NCBI GenBank assembly: GCA_038204165.1
Contig: JBBRDG010000003.1
Span: forward strand, 929 to 64,928
DNA length: 64,000 nucleotides
Direction: 5' to 3'
DNA from: Elusimicrobiales bacterium
GTDB lineage: Bacteria > Elusimicrobiota > Elusimicrobia > Elusimicrobiales > UBA9959
Of the stretch, positions 16,729 through 26,112 are shown piece by piece. Under the pieces are notes generated by a model. That model saw nothing but the letters and a program-made list of their open reading frames with translations. It did not search any database and was not told the DNA's origin. The position numbers and the translations under genes are program-made. Numbering within the stretch: the stretch's first letter is position 1; each line of letters begins with the position of its first letter.

Positions 16729-18906
16729 ATGAGCAAAGAAAATAAAAAAACCAAAAAAAAATCGCTTTATATTATCGCCGCTATTTTTTCGGTAGTGTGG
16801 GTGTTCCTGGTGCAGTTGCCGGAGATTACAAAATCTTTCGACGATAAATGGAGCGATGCGCGCCTTATCCTTCCAATGTACCTTTCCGTCCCGTTCACCG
16901 CGGACGGCAATTATGCTTTTGCCTTCGGTAAGTATATAAACAAGCCGGCCGACCCGAGGATTACGGTAACAGCCATAGATGATTACACCGTCGATAAGTA
17001 TGGCTACCCTTTTAAGCGCAAATATTACGGCCAGCTTATTGAGAAACTAAAAGGCCTGGGCGTTAAAGCCATAGGAATGGATGTAATGTTCTTCGAGTCC
17101 GACAAGGATGAGCCTGCCAGTGACGCCAGGTTCCTTGCTGCTTCCGAAAAAGCCGGGATAGTTGTGAACCTGCTGGCCATAGAAAAAGACCGAATGACCA
17201 TTAAGAAACCCATGAAAGGAGTGGGGACGGCCAGCGCGTACATGGCTTATCCTAATTCCGACATTAGCCTTGACGGGGACGGGCATGCGCGCAAATTCTA
17301 TCTTTTCTTCCCGGGGCGGGATAATGATTTGGACGGGTTCGAGGACCAGCAGCTGCTTTACAAGAACCTGGAACTGGGCCGGCTAAAATGCAGCCCGTTG
17401 TGCGACGAGGTGAAGCTGGCGTCCCTGGGAATGGCTACCTACGCTGTTTATACCGGAAAGCCTCTTTTGGATTATGAACGGCTCTACAGTGAGAACCCGA
17501 TGACGCTGAACTACCGCTACCCTGTTTATAGAAAGGCGCATCCCGGTTGGGATAAAAATGCGCAGAACAGGACTGAATCCACGTTCCGGCATGTCTCTGT
17601 GGCAGATATCCTTGAAAACAGGCTTAGCCAGGAAGAAAAGGACAGCCTGAAAGGCGGTATGACACTGATTGGTTCCACGGCGCTGGGGGCATATGATCAT
17701 TTTCCCTCGCCTTTCTCCGCGCTTTTGCCCGGAGTAGAGATCCACGCGACCTGCATAGATAATCTTCTGCTTAAGGACTCGTTGCGCAGCGTTAGCGGCG
17801 GCTACCTTGCTCTGCTGATGCTTATCTTGCCCTGGATCCCGGTTTTCCTGAACCGGTACCCGCTCAACACCATGGTGGCGGTTTCCTCCGGGATAATGTT
17901 TTTAATGCTCGTGCTTGACTACGTCTTCCTCTGCAACCTTTATTCTGTCCCATTCATCTCAGTGGCCCTTTCTTTTCTGATCCCTTCCGTTTATGTAGCG
18001 GTCGACAAAGGGCTGTTGGAGGGCCGCGAGAAAAAGTGGATTAAGAACACTTTCGGCCAGTACCTGTCGCCCAAGGTGGTGGAGATCATTACTAAGGACC
18101 CGTCCAAGCTGTCGTTGGGCGGGGAAAAGCGCGACATGACGGCCATGTTCTGCGATATCGCCGGTTTCACCACCATCTCTGAACAGCTGACCCCCGAGCA
18201 GTTGACCGCGATGCTGAATACCTACCTGTCCGGGCTCACCGACGTAATCCTCCAGCAAGACGGTGTGGTGGACAAGTTTATCGGCGACTGTATTATGGCG
18301 TTCTGGAACGCGCCGTTGGACCTGAAGAACCACCGGACCAGCGCCCTGCTCGCCGCTGTGGACTGCCTGGCGGTTAACAATAAACTCAATGAACTGGGCA
18401 CGGACATGGTCGTAAAACCCTGTTTTCGCATAGGCCTTAACTCCGGGCCTATGACCGTCGGTAACATGGGATCTAAGAACCGCTTTTCTTACACGGTAAT
18501 CGGCGATGCCGTGAACCTGGCCTCGCGGCTGGAGGGCGCCAATAAATTCTTCCATTCGCGCATCATGGCCAGCGAAGATGTCTTTAACGAAGGCAAGGAC
18601 CAGTTAGAGGCGCGTTATTTGGGCCAGATCCGTGTGGTCGGCAAGGCTATTCCGGTGAAGGTCTATGAGCCCCTGACCCGCAAAGGCGGGGCTTCTCCGG
18701 AGATAATGAAGATGCTCCAACGCTATGGCGCGGGGGTGGAGAATTTCTCCGCAGGCAAATATATGGAATCTGCCAAGGATTTCAAGGCCGCGCTGGAGGC
18801 GAATCCTGGCGACGGTCCCTCGCAGTTCTACCTTGAGCTGGCGGAACAGTACAACAGGGAGATTCCAAAGGACTGGGACGGGGCGTTCAACCTGACCTCG
18901 AAATAA
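16729..18906 (+). CDS. CHASE2-domain class III adenylate/guanylate cyclase
   Basis: 725 aa. N-terminal TM helix, a large extracytoplasmic domain and a TM bundle, then the cyclase catalytic core (MFCDIAGFTTISE, GDCIMAFWNAP, VIGDAVNLASRLEG) and a C-terminal TPR-like tail. Confidence 0.85.
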   Translation: MSKENKKTKKKSLYIIAAIFSVVWVFLVQLPEITKSFDDKWSDARLILPMYLSVPFTADGNYAFAFGKYINKPADPRITVTAIDDYTVDKYGYPFKRKYYGQLIEKLKGLGVKAIGMDVMFFESDKDEPASDARFLAASEKAGIVVNLLAIEKDRMTIKKPMKGVGTASAYMAYPNSDISLDGDGHARKFYLFFPGRDNDLDGFEDQQLLYKNLELGRLKCSPLCDEVKLASLGMATYAVYTGKPLLDYERLYSENPMTLNYRYPVYRKAHPGWDKNAQNRTESTFRHVSVADILENRLSQEEKDSLKGGMTLIGSTALGAYDHFPSPFSALLPGVEIHATCIDNLLLKDSLRSVSGGYLALLMLILPWIPVFLNRYPLNTMVAVSSGIMFLMLVLDYVFLCNLYSVPFISVALSFLIPSVYVAVDKGLLEGREKKWIKNTFGQYLSPKVVEIITKDPSKLSLGGEKRDMTAMFCDIAGFTTISEQLTPEQLTAMLNTYLSGLTDVILQQDGVVDKFIGDCIMAFWNAPLDLKNHRTSALLAAVDCLAVNNKLNELGTDMVVKPCFRIGLNSGPMTVGNMGSKNRFSYTVIGDAVNLASRLEGANKFFHSRIMASEDVFNEGKDQLEARYLGQIRVVGKAIPVKVYEPLTRKGGASPEIMKMLQRYGAGVENFSAGKYMESAKDFKAALEANPGDGPSQFYLELAEQYNREIPKDWDGAFNLTSK

Positions 18907-18907
18907 C

Positions 18908-19621
18908 ATGATAATATTCTGGCGCCTCCTTCTCGCTCACCTGCTTTCGGACTTCACGCTACAGTTCGATGTAATCAACCGCATGAAGCGGGAGCATGTA
19001 TGGGGGATGTTGCTGCACTGCCTTACCCATTACGTGGTGTCGGCGGTCTTTACCTGGCCGTACCTGGGGCAGGTCTGGGTGCAGATAGGTCCGGCGGGAG
19101 TTACCGGCTGGTGGGCGCTGGCGCTGATGTTCGTGCTGCACTTCGTAGTGGACGAACTGCGTATTTACAGCATGAAGACCATGGGGTTCCGCGACGGGAC
19201 CGTCAGCTTCCTGGTGGACCAGTTCCTGCATTTCTACGTGCTGTTCATGATCGCGCCGATAGTAATCCCGGACCGGAATTTCCTGCTGGCGGAAAAATGG
19301 ACGGGCATAGCCGCCATGCTGGTGCTGGTCACCCATTTCACCACCGTACTGGTCTACTTCATCGAAAAGGACCTTTTCGGCAAGACCTTCCCCCATTTCG
19401 ACGAGAAGTATTTTCTTATCTTTGAGCGCGTGGTGCTCTGGGCTTTTTTTCTGACCGCGGGCTACTGGTGGATACTTTTTGCGGCGGCCTGGATCTACCA
19501 GATCTTCTATGTCAGGCACAAACGCGTCATAGATATGTCTCTGCTTAACGTGGTACTGAGCGTCGGGCTCACTGTCACGTTCGGTTTGTGGACGCGCTTT
19601 ATGTATTACGGTCATTTATAG
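18908..19621 (+). CDS. DUF3307-family polytopic membrane protein
   Basis: 237 aa, 6-7 TM helices. N-terminal LLAHLLSDFTLQ motif and several conserved-looking His/Asp. Begins 1 nt after the cyclase stop. Confidence 0.6.
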   Translation: MIIFWRLLLAHLLSDFTLQFDVINRMKREHVWGMLLHCLTHYVVSAVFTWPYLGQVWVQIGPAGVTGWWALALMFVLHFVVDELRIYSMKTMGFRDGTVSFLVDQFLHFYVLFMIAPIVIPDRNFLLAEKWTGIAAMLVLVTHFTTVLVYFIEKDLFGKTFPHFDEKYFLIFERVVLWAFFLTAGYWWILFAAAWIYQIFYVRHKRVIDMSLLNVVLSVGLTVTFGLWTRFMYYGHL

Positions 19622-19645
19622 CACGGTCGGGCTTTAAGGCATCAA

Positions 19646-20230
19646 ATGGGACAGACAGAGACTCTCAGGATAGAAGACGCGGTGTTTACCTTTATTGACG
19701 TGGAGACCACGGGGCTTTCCCCCAGGGCGGCGCGCGTCTGCGAAGTTGCCGCGGTAAGCTTCCGCGGCGAAGAGCGCGTGGGGACGCTGGCTGAACTTAT
19801 AAATCCCGGCCAGCCGATACCGGCTGAAGTCTCGAAGATTCACGGCATCACCGACGGGATGGTGAAGGACAGCCCCTCGTTCGACGCGGTGGCTCCCGGG
19901 CTGCTGGCTATCCTGGAAGGCGCCGTCATTGTGGCGCATAACGCCGAGTTCGACATCGGCTTCCTGTCGGCGGAGTTCGAGCGCGTGGGCTTGAAGTTTC
20001 CGTCGCTCCCCGTGGTGGACACGCTGGCGCTGGCCCGCAAGCACTGGAAGTTCAAGAGCAACAGGCTGGGCAGCATAGCGGCCGAACTGAATTTTTCTAA
20101 CGAGGGCTGGCATCGCGCGCTGAGCGACGTGGAGATGACCAGAAAGATCTTCGTGCATTTCATCACCGCCTTCCGGGCTGCCGGCGCGGTGACGGTTGCC
20201 GACCTAATCAAGAAAAGCGGAGGAAAATAA
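19646..20230 (+). CDS. DEDDh 3'-5' exonuclease (DnaQ/epsilon-like, stand-alone)
   Basis: 194 aa. ExoI FIDVETTGL, ExoII VAHNAEFDIGFL, ExoIII HRALSDVEMT. The stop overlaps the hutH start (TAATG). Confidence 0.85.
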   Translation: MGQTETLRIEDAVFTFIDVETTGLSPRAARVCEVAAVSFRGEERVGTLAELINPGQPIPAEVSKIHGITDGMVKDSPSFDAVAPGLLAILEGAVIVAHNAEFDIGFLSAEFERVGLKFPSLPVVDTLALARKHWKFKSNRLGSIAAELNFSNEGWHRALSDVEMTRKIFVHFITAFRAAGAVTVADLIKKSGGK

Positions 20231-21750
20231 TGAAGAATAAACCTTTTACCCTGGGCATGGCCCCGGACATCGTGGATTTCGCGGAAGTCGCGCACGGCTT
20301 CAGGAAAGTCGTGGTCCCTCCGAAGGCGCTTAAGCTGATAGAGTCCCGCAGGGCGCTGCTAGAGGGCATGCTCGCCGAGGACAAGGTGATGTACGGCATC
20401 AATACCGGCTTCGGCGAACTGGCCAGCCAGCGCGTTTCGCGCGAGAGCCTGAAAAGCCTGCAGGTGAACCTGATCCGCAGCCATGCCTGCGGCGTGGGCG
20501 CTCCCTTGGACGACGCGGAAGCCACGGCGCTGATGTTCGCCCGTGTGAACGAACTCGCGATGGGTAACTCCGGAGTAAGGCCCGTGCTGGTGAAAAGGCT
20601 CGCCGAACTGATAAACAAGAACGTAATACCTTTTATTCCTTCCAAGGGTTCCGTGGGCGCCAGCGGCGACCTGGCACCTTCCGCCCACATGGCGCTGGTG
20701 CTGATAGGCGAAGGTTTGGCCAAGTTCGCCGGTGAGCGCGACTGGCAGCCGGCCGAAACGGTGCTGAAAAAAGCCAAAATCAAGCCCATCGAACTTGCTG
20801 AAAAAGAGGGCCTGGCCCTGATCAACGGCACGCAGGCCATGAAGGCCGTAGGCGGGCTCGCGTTGTTCGAGGCGCTGAACCTGTTCTACTCCGCCGTGCT
20901 TACAGGCGCGATGAGCATGGAGGCCCTGAAGGGCACCCCGGTGGCCTTCGATCCCCGCATCCATGCGCTTAAGCCCCATGCCGGCCAGCTCGAGGTGGCC
21001 GAGATGCTGGAGGCCGTGCTCAAAGGCAGCAAGATCCGGGCGTCCCATTCCGCCAACGACAAACGCGTGCAGGACCCGTATTCCCTGCGCTGTATGCCGC
21101 AGGCCATGGGCGCCGCGCGCGACGCTATCGAGTACGCGCTGAACGTATTTGAGACCGAGTTCGGCAGCGTGACCGACAACCCCCTGGTGGTAGAGGGGAA
21201 GACCCGCGGCACCATAGACGTGCTTTCTGGCGGAAACTTCCACGGCCAGGCCGTCTCTTTCGCCTCCGACTTCGCGGCTATCGCTGTGACCTCGCTGGGC
21301 AATATCTCCGAGCGCCGCATAGCCCAGCTGGTCAGCGACTTCAAGATCCTGCCGCCCTTTCTGGCCCGCAACCCCGGCCTGGAATCCGGCTTCATGATCG
21401 CGCACGTCACCGCGGCCGCGCTCTGCAACGAGAACAAGATCCTGAGCCATCCCGCGAGCTGCGATTCCATCTCCACCTCCGCCAACAAGGAGGACTTCGT
21501 CAGCATGGGGATGAACGCCGCGCTCAAGTTCAAGACCGTAGTGAGGAACGTGGCCTGTATAATCGCCATAGAGATGATGGCGGCGGCGGAAGGCGTGGAA
21601 TTCCACCGCCCGCTGAAGTCCAGCGCCAGGATGGAAGCCGTCCTGGCCAAGCTGCGCGAGATCTCTCCCGCTTTCAAAGGCGACGAGGTATTCTCTGGCC
21701 GCATCGAGGCGGTGGCGGACGCCATCATGAGCGGCTACTTCGTGGACTAG
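20230..21750 (+). CDS. hutH: Histidine ammonia-lyase
   Basis: 506 aa with the MIO-forming [14 protein letters not shown] motif. Confidence 0.93.
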   Translation: MKNKPFTLGMAPDIVDFAEVAHGFRKVVVPPKALKLIESRRALLEGMLAEDKVMYGINTGFGELASQRVSRESLKSLQVNLIRSHACGVGAPLDDAEATALMFARVNELAMGNSGVRPVLVKRLAELINKNVIPFIPSKGSVGASGDLAPSAHMALVLIGEGLAKFAGERDWQPAETVLKKAKIKPIELAEKEGLALINGTQAMKAVGGLALFEALNLFYSAVLTGAMSMEALKGTPVAFDPRIHALKPHAGQLEVAEMLEAVLKGSKIRASHSANDKRVQDPYSLRCMPQAMGAARDAIEYALNVFETEFGSVTDNPLVVEGKTRGTIDVLSGGNFHGQAVSFASDFAAIAVTSLGNISERRIAQLVSDFKILPPFLARNPGLESGFMIAHVTAAALCNENKILSHPASCDSISTSANKEDFVSMGMNAALKFKTVVRNVACIIAIEMMAAAEGVEFHRPLKSSARMEAVLAKLREISPAFKGDEVFSGRIEAVADAIMSGYFVD

Positions 21751-21763
21751 TTTTGGGAGGTCA

Positions 21764-23431
21764 TTGAAAATGAACCATAAGAACATACGCGCGGCGCGCG
21801 GCAATAAACTTTCGTGCAAGGGCTGGCAGCAGGAAGCGGCCCTGCGCATGCTGATGAACAATCTGGACCCCGAGGTGGCGGAACGCCCCGAGGAGCTGGT
21901 GGTTTACGGCGGGCGCGGCAAAGCGGCCCGTAATTGGGACTGCTACGATGAGATAGTTAATTCCCTCAGAAAGCTCGAGAACGACGAGACGCTGCTGGTG
22001 CAGTCCGGCAAGGCCGTCGGCATACTTAGAACGCACGAGTACTCCCCGCGCGTGATCATCGCAAATTCTAACCTGGTCGGCAACTGGGCCAACTGGGAGG
22101 TCTTCGACGAGCTGGAGAAGAAAGGCCTGATGATGTATGGTCAGATGACGGCCGGCTCGTGGATCTACATCGGCACTCAGGGCATCCTGCAAGGCACTTA
22201 CGAGACTTTCGCGGAATGCGCCCGCAAACATTTCAGGGGCGGCGATCTGTCTGGCAAGCTGACGGTAACCGGCGGGCTCGGCGGCATGAGCGGCGCCCAG
22301 CCGCTGGCCGTTACGATGAACGGCGGCGTGGCCATCGTGGTGGAAGCCGACGAGAGCCGCATCCAGATGCGCCTGAAGACCCGCTACGTGGACGTGATGA
22401 CCAGCAGCCTGGACGAAGCCCTTACCCTGGCCGGCAAGGCCATGAAGGCCAAACAGCCGCTTTCTATAGCGCTGCACGGCAACTGCGCCGAAGTGCTGCC
22501 GGAGCTGGTCCGGCGCGGCGTCAAGGTGGACGTGCTTACCGACCAGACCTCGGCCCACGACCCGCTCCGCGGCTACATCCCCAGGGGCTACACTATTAAG
22601 GCGGCCGACGAGCTGCGCCGCAGAGACCCCAAAAAGTACGTGCGGTTGGCGATGGAATCCATCGCGATCCACGTGGAGGCCATGCTGAAGCTGCAGAAGG
22701 CCGGCGCCGCCACTTTTGACTACGGCAATAATATCCGTACGATGGCCTTCAAGCAGGGCGTTAAGCACGCTTACGATTTCCCCGGCTTCGTGCCGGCCTA
22801 CATCCGCCCGTTGTTCTGCACCGGCAAGGGGCCGTTCCGCTGGGCCGCGCTATCCGGGGACCCCAAAGATATAGCCGTGACCGACGCGGCGATAAAGGAA
22901 ATGTTCCCCCGGGACGCCCACCTGAACCGTTGGCTGGACCTGGCCGCCAAAAAGGTGGCTTTCCAGGGCCTGCCGTCCAGGATCTGCTGGCTCGGTTACG
23001 GCGAGCGGCACCTGGCGGGACTGCGCTTTAACGACCTGGTTAAAAAGGGGAAGATATCGGCGCCAATTGTGATAGGCCGCGACCACCTGGATTCCGGCTC
23101 CGTGGCAAGCCCTTTCCGCGAGACCGAGTCCATGAAGGACGGCTCCGACGCTATAGCCGACTGGCCTATTCTTAATGCCCTGATTAACACGGCCTCGGGC
23201 GCCAGCTGGGTGTCTTTCCACCACGGCGGCGGGGTGGGCATGGGCTACTCGCTGCACGCCGGGCAGGTGACCGTGGCCGACGGCACCAAAGAGATGGCGC
23301 GGCGGCTGGAGCGCGTGCTGACCAACGATCCGGCCATGGGCGTACTGCGGCACGCGGACGCCGGCTATAAGATAGCTAAGGATTTCGCCAGGAAGACCGG
23401 GGTGAAGATCCCGATGCTGGGTAAAAAATAG
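21764..23431 (+). CDS. hutU: Urocanate hydratase
   Basis: 555 aa. The N-terminus [32 protein letters not shown] and the length are typical of HutU. Confidence 0.93.
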   Translation: MKMNHKNIRAARGNKLSCKGWQQEAALRMLMNNLDPEVAERPEELVVYGGRGKAARNWDCYDEIVNSLRKLENDETLLVQSGKAVGILRTHEYSPRVIIANSNLVGNWANWEVFDELEKKGLMMYGQMTAGSWIYIGTQGILQGTYETFAECARKHFRGGDLSGKLTVTGGLGGMSGAQPLAVTMNGGVAIVVEADESRIQMRLKTRYVDVMTSSLDEALTLAGKAMKAKQPLSIALHGNCAEVLPELVRRGVKVDVLTDQTSAHDPLRGYIPRGYTIKAADELRRRDPKKYVRLAMESIAIHVEAMLKLQKAGAATFDYGNNIRTMAFKQGVKHAYDFPGFVPAYIRPLFCTGKGPFRWAALSGDPKDIAVTDAAIKEMFPRDAHLNRWLDLAAKKVAFQGLPSRICWLGYGERHLAGLRFNDLVKKGKISAPIVIGRDHLDSGSVASPFRETESMKDGSDAIADWPILNALINTASGASWVSFHHGGGVGMGYSLHAGQVTVADGTKEMARRLERVLTNDPAMGVLRHADAGYKIAKDFARKTGVKIPMLGKK

Positions 23432-23453
23432 AATAATCTTTAAGGAGAAACTT

Positions 23454-23951
23454 ATGGCTTCAGAATTCAGCTTCGACGTGGTTTCCAAGGTGGAGTATAC
23501 CGTGGTGGACGAGGCTATCGCCATCGCCATGAAAGAAGTGATCAACCGCTACGACTTCAAGGATTCCAAATCCGAGATCAACTTCGACAAGAAGGCTAAC
23601 ACCATCATGCTGCAGTCTTCCGACGATTACAAGGTGAAGGCTCTCAACGAAGTGTTGATGATGAAGATCTCGAAGCGCGGCCTTCCGGTTAAGAATTTCA
23701 CCGGAGAGAAAGTGCAGAGCGCGCTTGGCGGGACGGCCAAAATGGTCGTAAAGGTGCAGCAGGGCATTCCGCAGGAGAAGGCCAAGGAGATAAGCAGGGC
23801 CATCAAGGATCAGAAACTGAAGGCCAACACCTCTATTCAGGGCGACACGCTGCGTGTTACTTCCAAGTCGAAGGACGAGCTGCAGAACGTGATGACGCTG
23901 CTCCGCGGCGGCGATTACGGCATTACGCTGCAGTTCGAGAACTTCAGATAG
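23454..23951 (+). CDS. yajQ: YajQ-family nucleotide / cyclic-di-GMP-binding protein (UPF0234)
   Basis: 165 aa. The N-terminus SFDVVSKV...EVDNA-like and the tandem ferredoxin-like repeats are typical of YajQ. Confidence 0.8.
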   Translation: MASEFSFDVVSKVEYTVVDEAIAIAMKEVINRYDFKDSKSEINFDKKANTIMLQSSDDYKVKALNEVLMMKISKRGLPVKNFTGEKVQSALGGTAKMVVKVQQGIPQEKAKEISRAIKDQKLKANTSIQGDTLRVTSKSKDELQNVMTLLRGGDYGITLQFENFR

Positions 23952-23976
23952 AAAGCCCTCGGGCTCCTTACTAAAT

Positions 23977-25227
23977 ATGGCGATATTGTTTACCAACATA
24001 AAGCAGCTGCTTACTTTCTCCGGCGAAGCGGGCCCCCGCGCCGGCGCGGCCATGCGCGAGATCGGGCTGGTCAGGAACGCCGCGGTGCTGGTGAACGACG
24101 GGATCATAGAAGCCGCGGGGCCCAGGGCTTCCGTAGCGCGCCATCCTTTGGCAAAGAAAGCCAGGACGGTGGAGGTGAACGGGGTCTGCCTGCCGGGTTT
24201 TGTGGACAGCCATACCCACGCGGTCTTTGCCGAGCCGCGCCTTAAGGATTTTTCGATGCGCACCGCCGGCGCCTCCTACCAGGAGATCAAGGCCGCGGGC
24301 GGGGGAATAATCTCCAGCATCGGCGCGGTGCGGGCCCAGGGCCAGAAAACCATGGCGGCTCAGCTGGCCGCGCGGGCAGTCCGCTTCCTCGAATGCGGCA
24401 CGACCACCGCGGAGGTGAAGAGCGGTTACGGGCTTAGCCTGGAGTCGGAACTGAAGATGCTCCGGGCCGTGCGCGACGCCCGGGGCTTTACTCCGTTGGA
24501 AATGATCCCCACCCTGCTGGCCGCCCACAGCGTGCCTCCTGAATTTAAAGGCGACGCGCAGGCCTACCTGGATTATGTTACCGCCGAGATCCTGCCAAAG
24601 GTTGCGGCTGAAAAGCTGGCCGTCTTCGCCGATATCTTCTGCGAGAAAGGCTACTTCACTCCCGAACAGACTACGGCTTATCTGAAAGAGGCCGCCCGCC
24701 TGGGTCTGAAGCCCAAGGTGCATTCCGAGCAGCTTTCCAATTACGGCGGTACCCGGGCCGGCGCGGCAGCGGGCGCCGTCAGCGCCGACCACGCCGACCA
24801 CGTTTTCGCCGAGGATATCGCCGCCATGCGCGACTCCGGGACTATCGCCACGCTGCTGCCGGCCTCAAATTATTATCTGGGACTGACCAAGTACCCGCCC
24901 GCGCGGGAGCTCATCGCCTCGGGCGTGCCCGTAGCGCTGGCCACCGACTTTAACCCCGGCACCTGCCCCTGCTGGAACATGCAGTTCGTGCTTTCTGTAG
25001 CCTGCACCCATTGCGGCATGACACCCGAGGAGGCCATCTGCGCCGCCACGGTGAACGGCGCCTGCGCGCTAGCCATAGGCGACAAGGTGGGCCGCGTGGT
25101 TCCCGGCATGCAGGCCGACCTGGCCTTTTTCGCCGCCGACGATTACCGGGAGCTGGCCTACTATTTCGGCGCCAGCCAGACCTTGCTGACGGTGAAAAAA
25201 GGGCATATCGTTCACCCGATTTTTTAG
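23977..25227 (+). CDS. hutI: Imidazolonepropionase
   Basis: 416 aa. Amidohydrolase with GFVDSHTHAVF and the EVKSGYGL motif typical of HutI. Confidence 0.9.
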   Translation: MAILFTNIKQLLTFSGEAGPRAGAAMREIGLVRNAAVLVNDGIIEAAGPRASVARHPLAKKARTVEVNGVCLPGFVDSHTHAVFAEPRLKDFSMRTAGASYQEIKAAGGGIISSIGAVRAQGQKTMAAQLAARAVRFLECGTTTAEVKSGYGLSLESELKMLRAVRDARGFTPLEMIPTLLAAHSVPPEFKGDAQAYLDYVTAEILPKVAAEKLAVFADIFCEKGYFTPEQTTAYLKEAARLGLKPKVHSEQLSNYGGTRAGAAAGAVSADHADHVFAEDIAAMRDSGTIATLLPASNYYLGLTKYPPARELIASGVPVALATDFNPGTCPCWNMQFVLSVACTHCGMTPEEAICAATVNGACALAIGDKVGRVVPGMQADLAFFAADDYRELAYYFGASQTLLTVKKGHIVHPIF

Positions 25228-25239
25228 TGGAGAATCACT

Positions 25240-26112
25240 ATGAAAATAATACTTTTTGACATAGACGGCACTCTGGTTAAAGCAGGCGGGGCCGGAGTGC
25301 GCGCGCTGAATCACGCCGTGCGGGCGATGACGGGCCATCCTAAAGCCTGCGACACGGTGGAGATTCAGGGCGCCACCGACAAAGCCAACTTCGCGAACGC
25401 CTTTAAGGTGGGGAAAGGCCGTCAGCCCGGCAAGAAAGAACTGGCGGAGCTTACGGCTAAGTACGTGGCGCGCCTGCCGGCTGAGTTGGAAGCCTCGTTA
25501 AAGGAAAAAAAATATTTAAAGGTGAAAGGTGTAGAGAAATTCCTCGAAAAACTTTCCGGCCTTCCCGGGGTCATGCTAGGCCTGGGCACCGGTAATCTGA
25601 AGGAGGGCGCCTTTATAAAACTGGGACCCTCCGGCCTGCTGAAGTATTTCGCGTTTGGCGGCTACGGCTGCGATTCGCACCACCGGAGCGAAGTGCTGCA
25701 GAAGGCGGTGCAGCGCGCCGCGAAACTGGCGAAGGCCGGAATTAAGCCGGGAGAGGTTTATGTGATAGGCGACACGCACCGCGACGTGGAAGCGGCCAAA
25801 GAAGCCGGCTATCATTCCGGCGCGGTTATGGACGGGTACGGCGAGCCGCGGGCCCTGATGCGCTCCAACCCCGAGCTGATGGCGAAGGATTTTTCCGATC
25901 TGAAACCGTGGTTCATCTGGCTGGGGCTTAAGGCGGACCCGCGCGGGATCAGCCGCGGCACTTATATCTGCCCAGACTCGCCGATAGAGCACGCCCATTA
26001 CGGCAGGACCGGCATGGACCTGAACGATATAGAGATTGGTATTCAGCGCCTGCGCGCCGAAAAGAACAAGATAACCGGCGGGAAGCGCCTGTCACCCAGG
26101 AAAAATAAATGA
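25240..26112 (+). CDS. HAD-superfamily hydrolase with C-terminal extension
   Basis: Motif I LFDIDGTLV, motif IV GDTHRDVEAAKEAG, plus ~80 extra C-terminal residues. Confidence 0.75.
   Translation: MKIILFDIDGTLVKAGGAGVRALNHAVRAMTGHPKACDTVEIQGATDKANFANAFKVGKGRQPGKKELAELTAKYVARLPAELEASLKEKKYLKVKGVEKFLEKLSGLPGVMLGLGTGNLKEGAFIKLGPSGLLKYFAFGGYGCDSHHRSEVLQKAVQRAAKLAKAGIKPGEVYVIGDTHRDVEAAKEAGYHSGAVMDGYGEPRALMRSNPELMAKDFSDLKPWFIWLGLKADPRGISRGTYICPDSPIEHAHYGRTGMDLNDIEIGIQRLRAEKNKITGGKRLSPRKNK

Noticed and set aside
14699-20230. Cyclase + membrane protein + nuclease read as an anti-phage cyclic-nucleotide system (Pycsar/CBASS-like)
   Set aside because: The cyclase is a large CHASE2 sensor-type class III enzyme, not a compact PycC or CD-NTase. 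DUF3307 shows no cyclic-nucleotide-binding domain, and the exonuclease is a plain DEDDh fold. The genes are embedded in a housekeeping catabolic operon with no other defence or mobile genes nearby.
20359-21861. 500-aa minus-strand ORF antisense to hutH (similar cases: 21761-22768, 13723-14757, 53292-54614, 3939-4841, 39843-40769)
   Set aside because: Same reasoning. Each lies fully inside a confidently identified sense gene, has an Arg/Gly/His/Ala-biased composition, and lacks start context or motifs.
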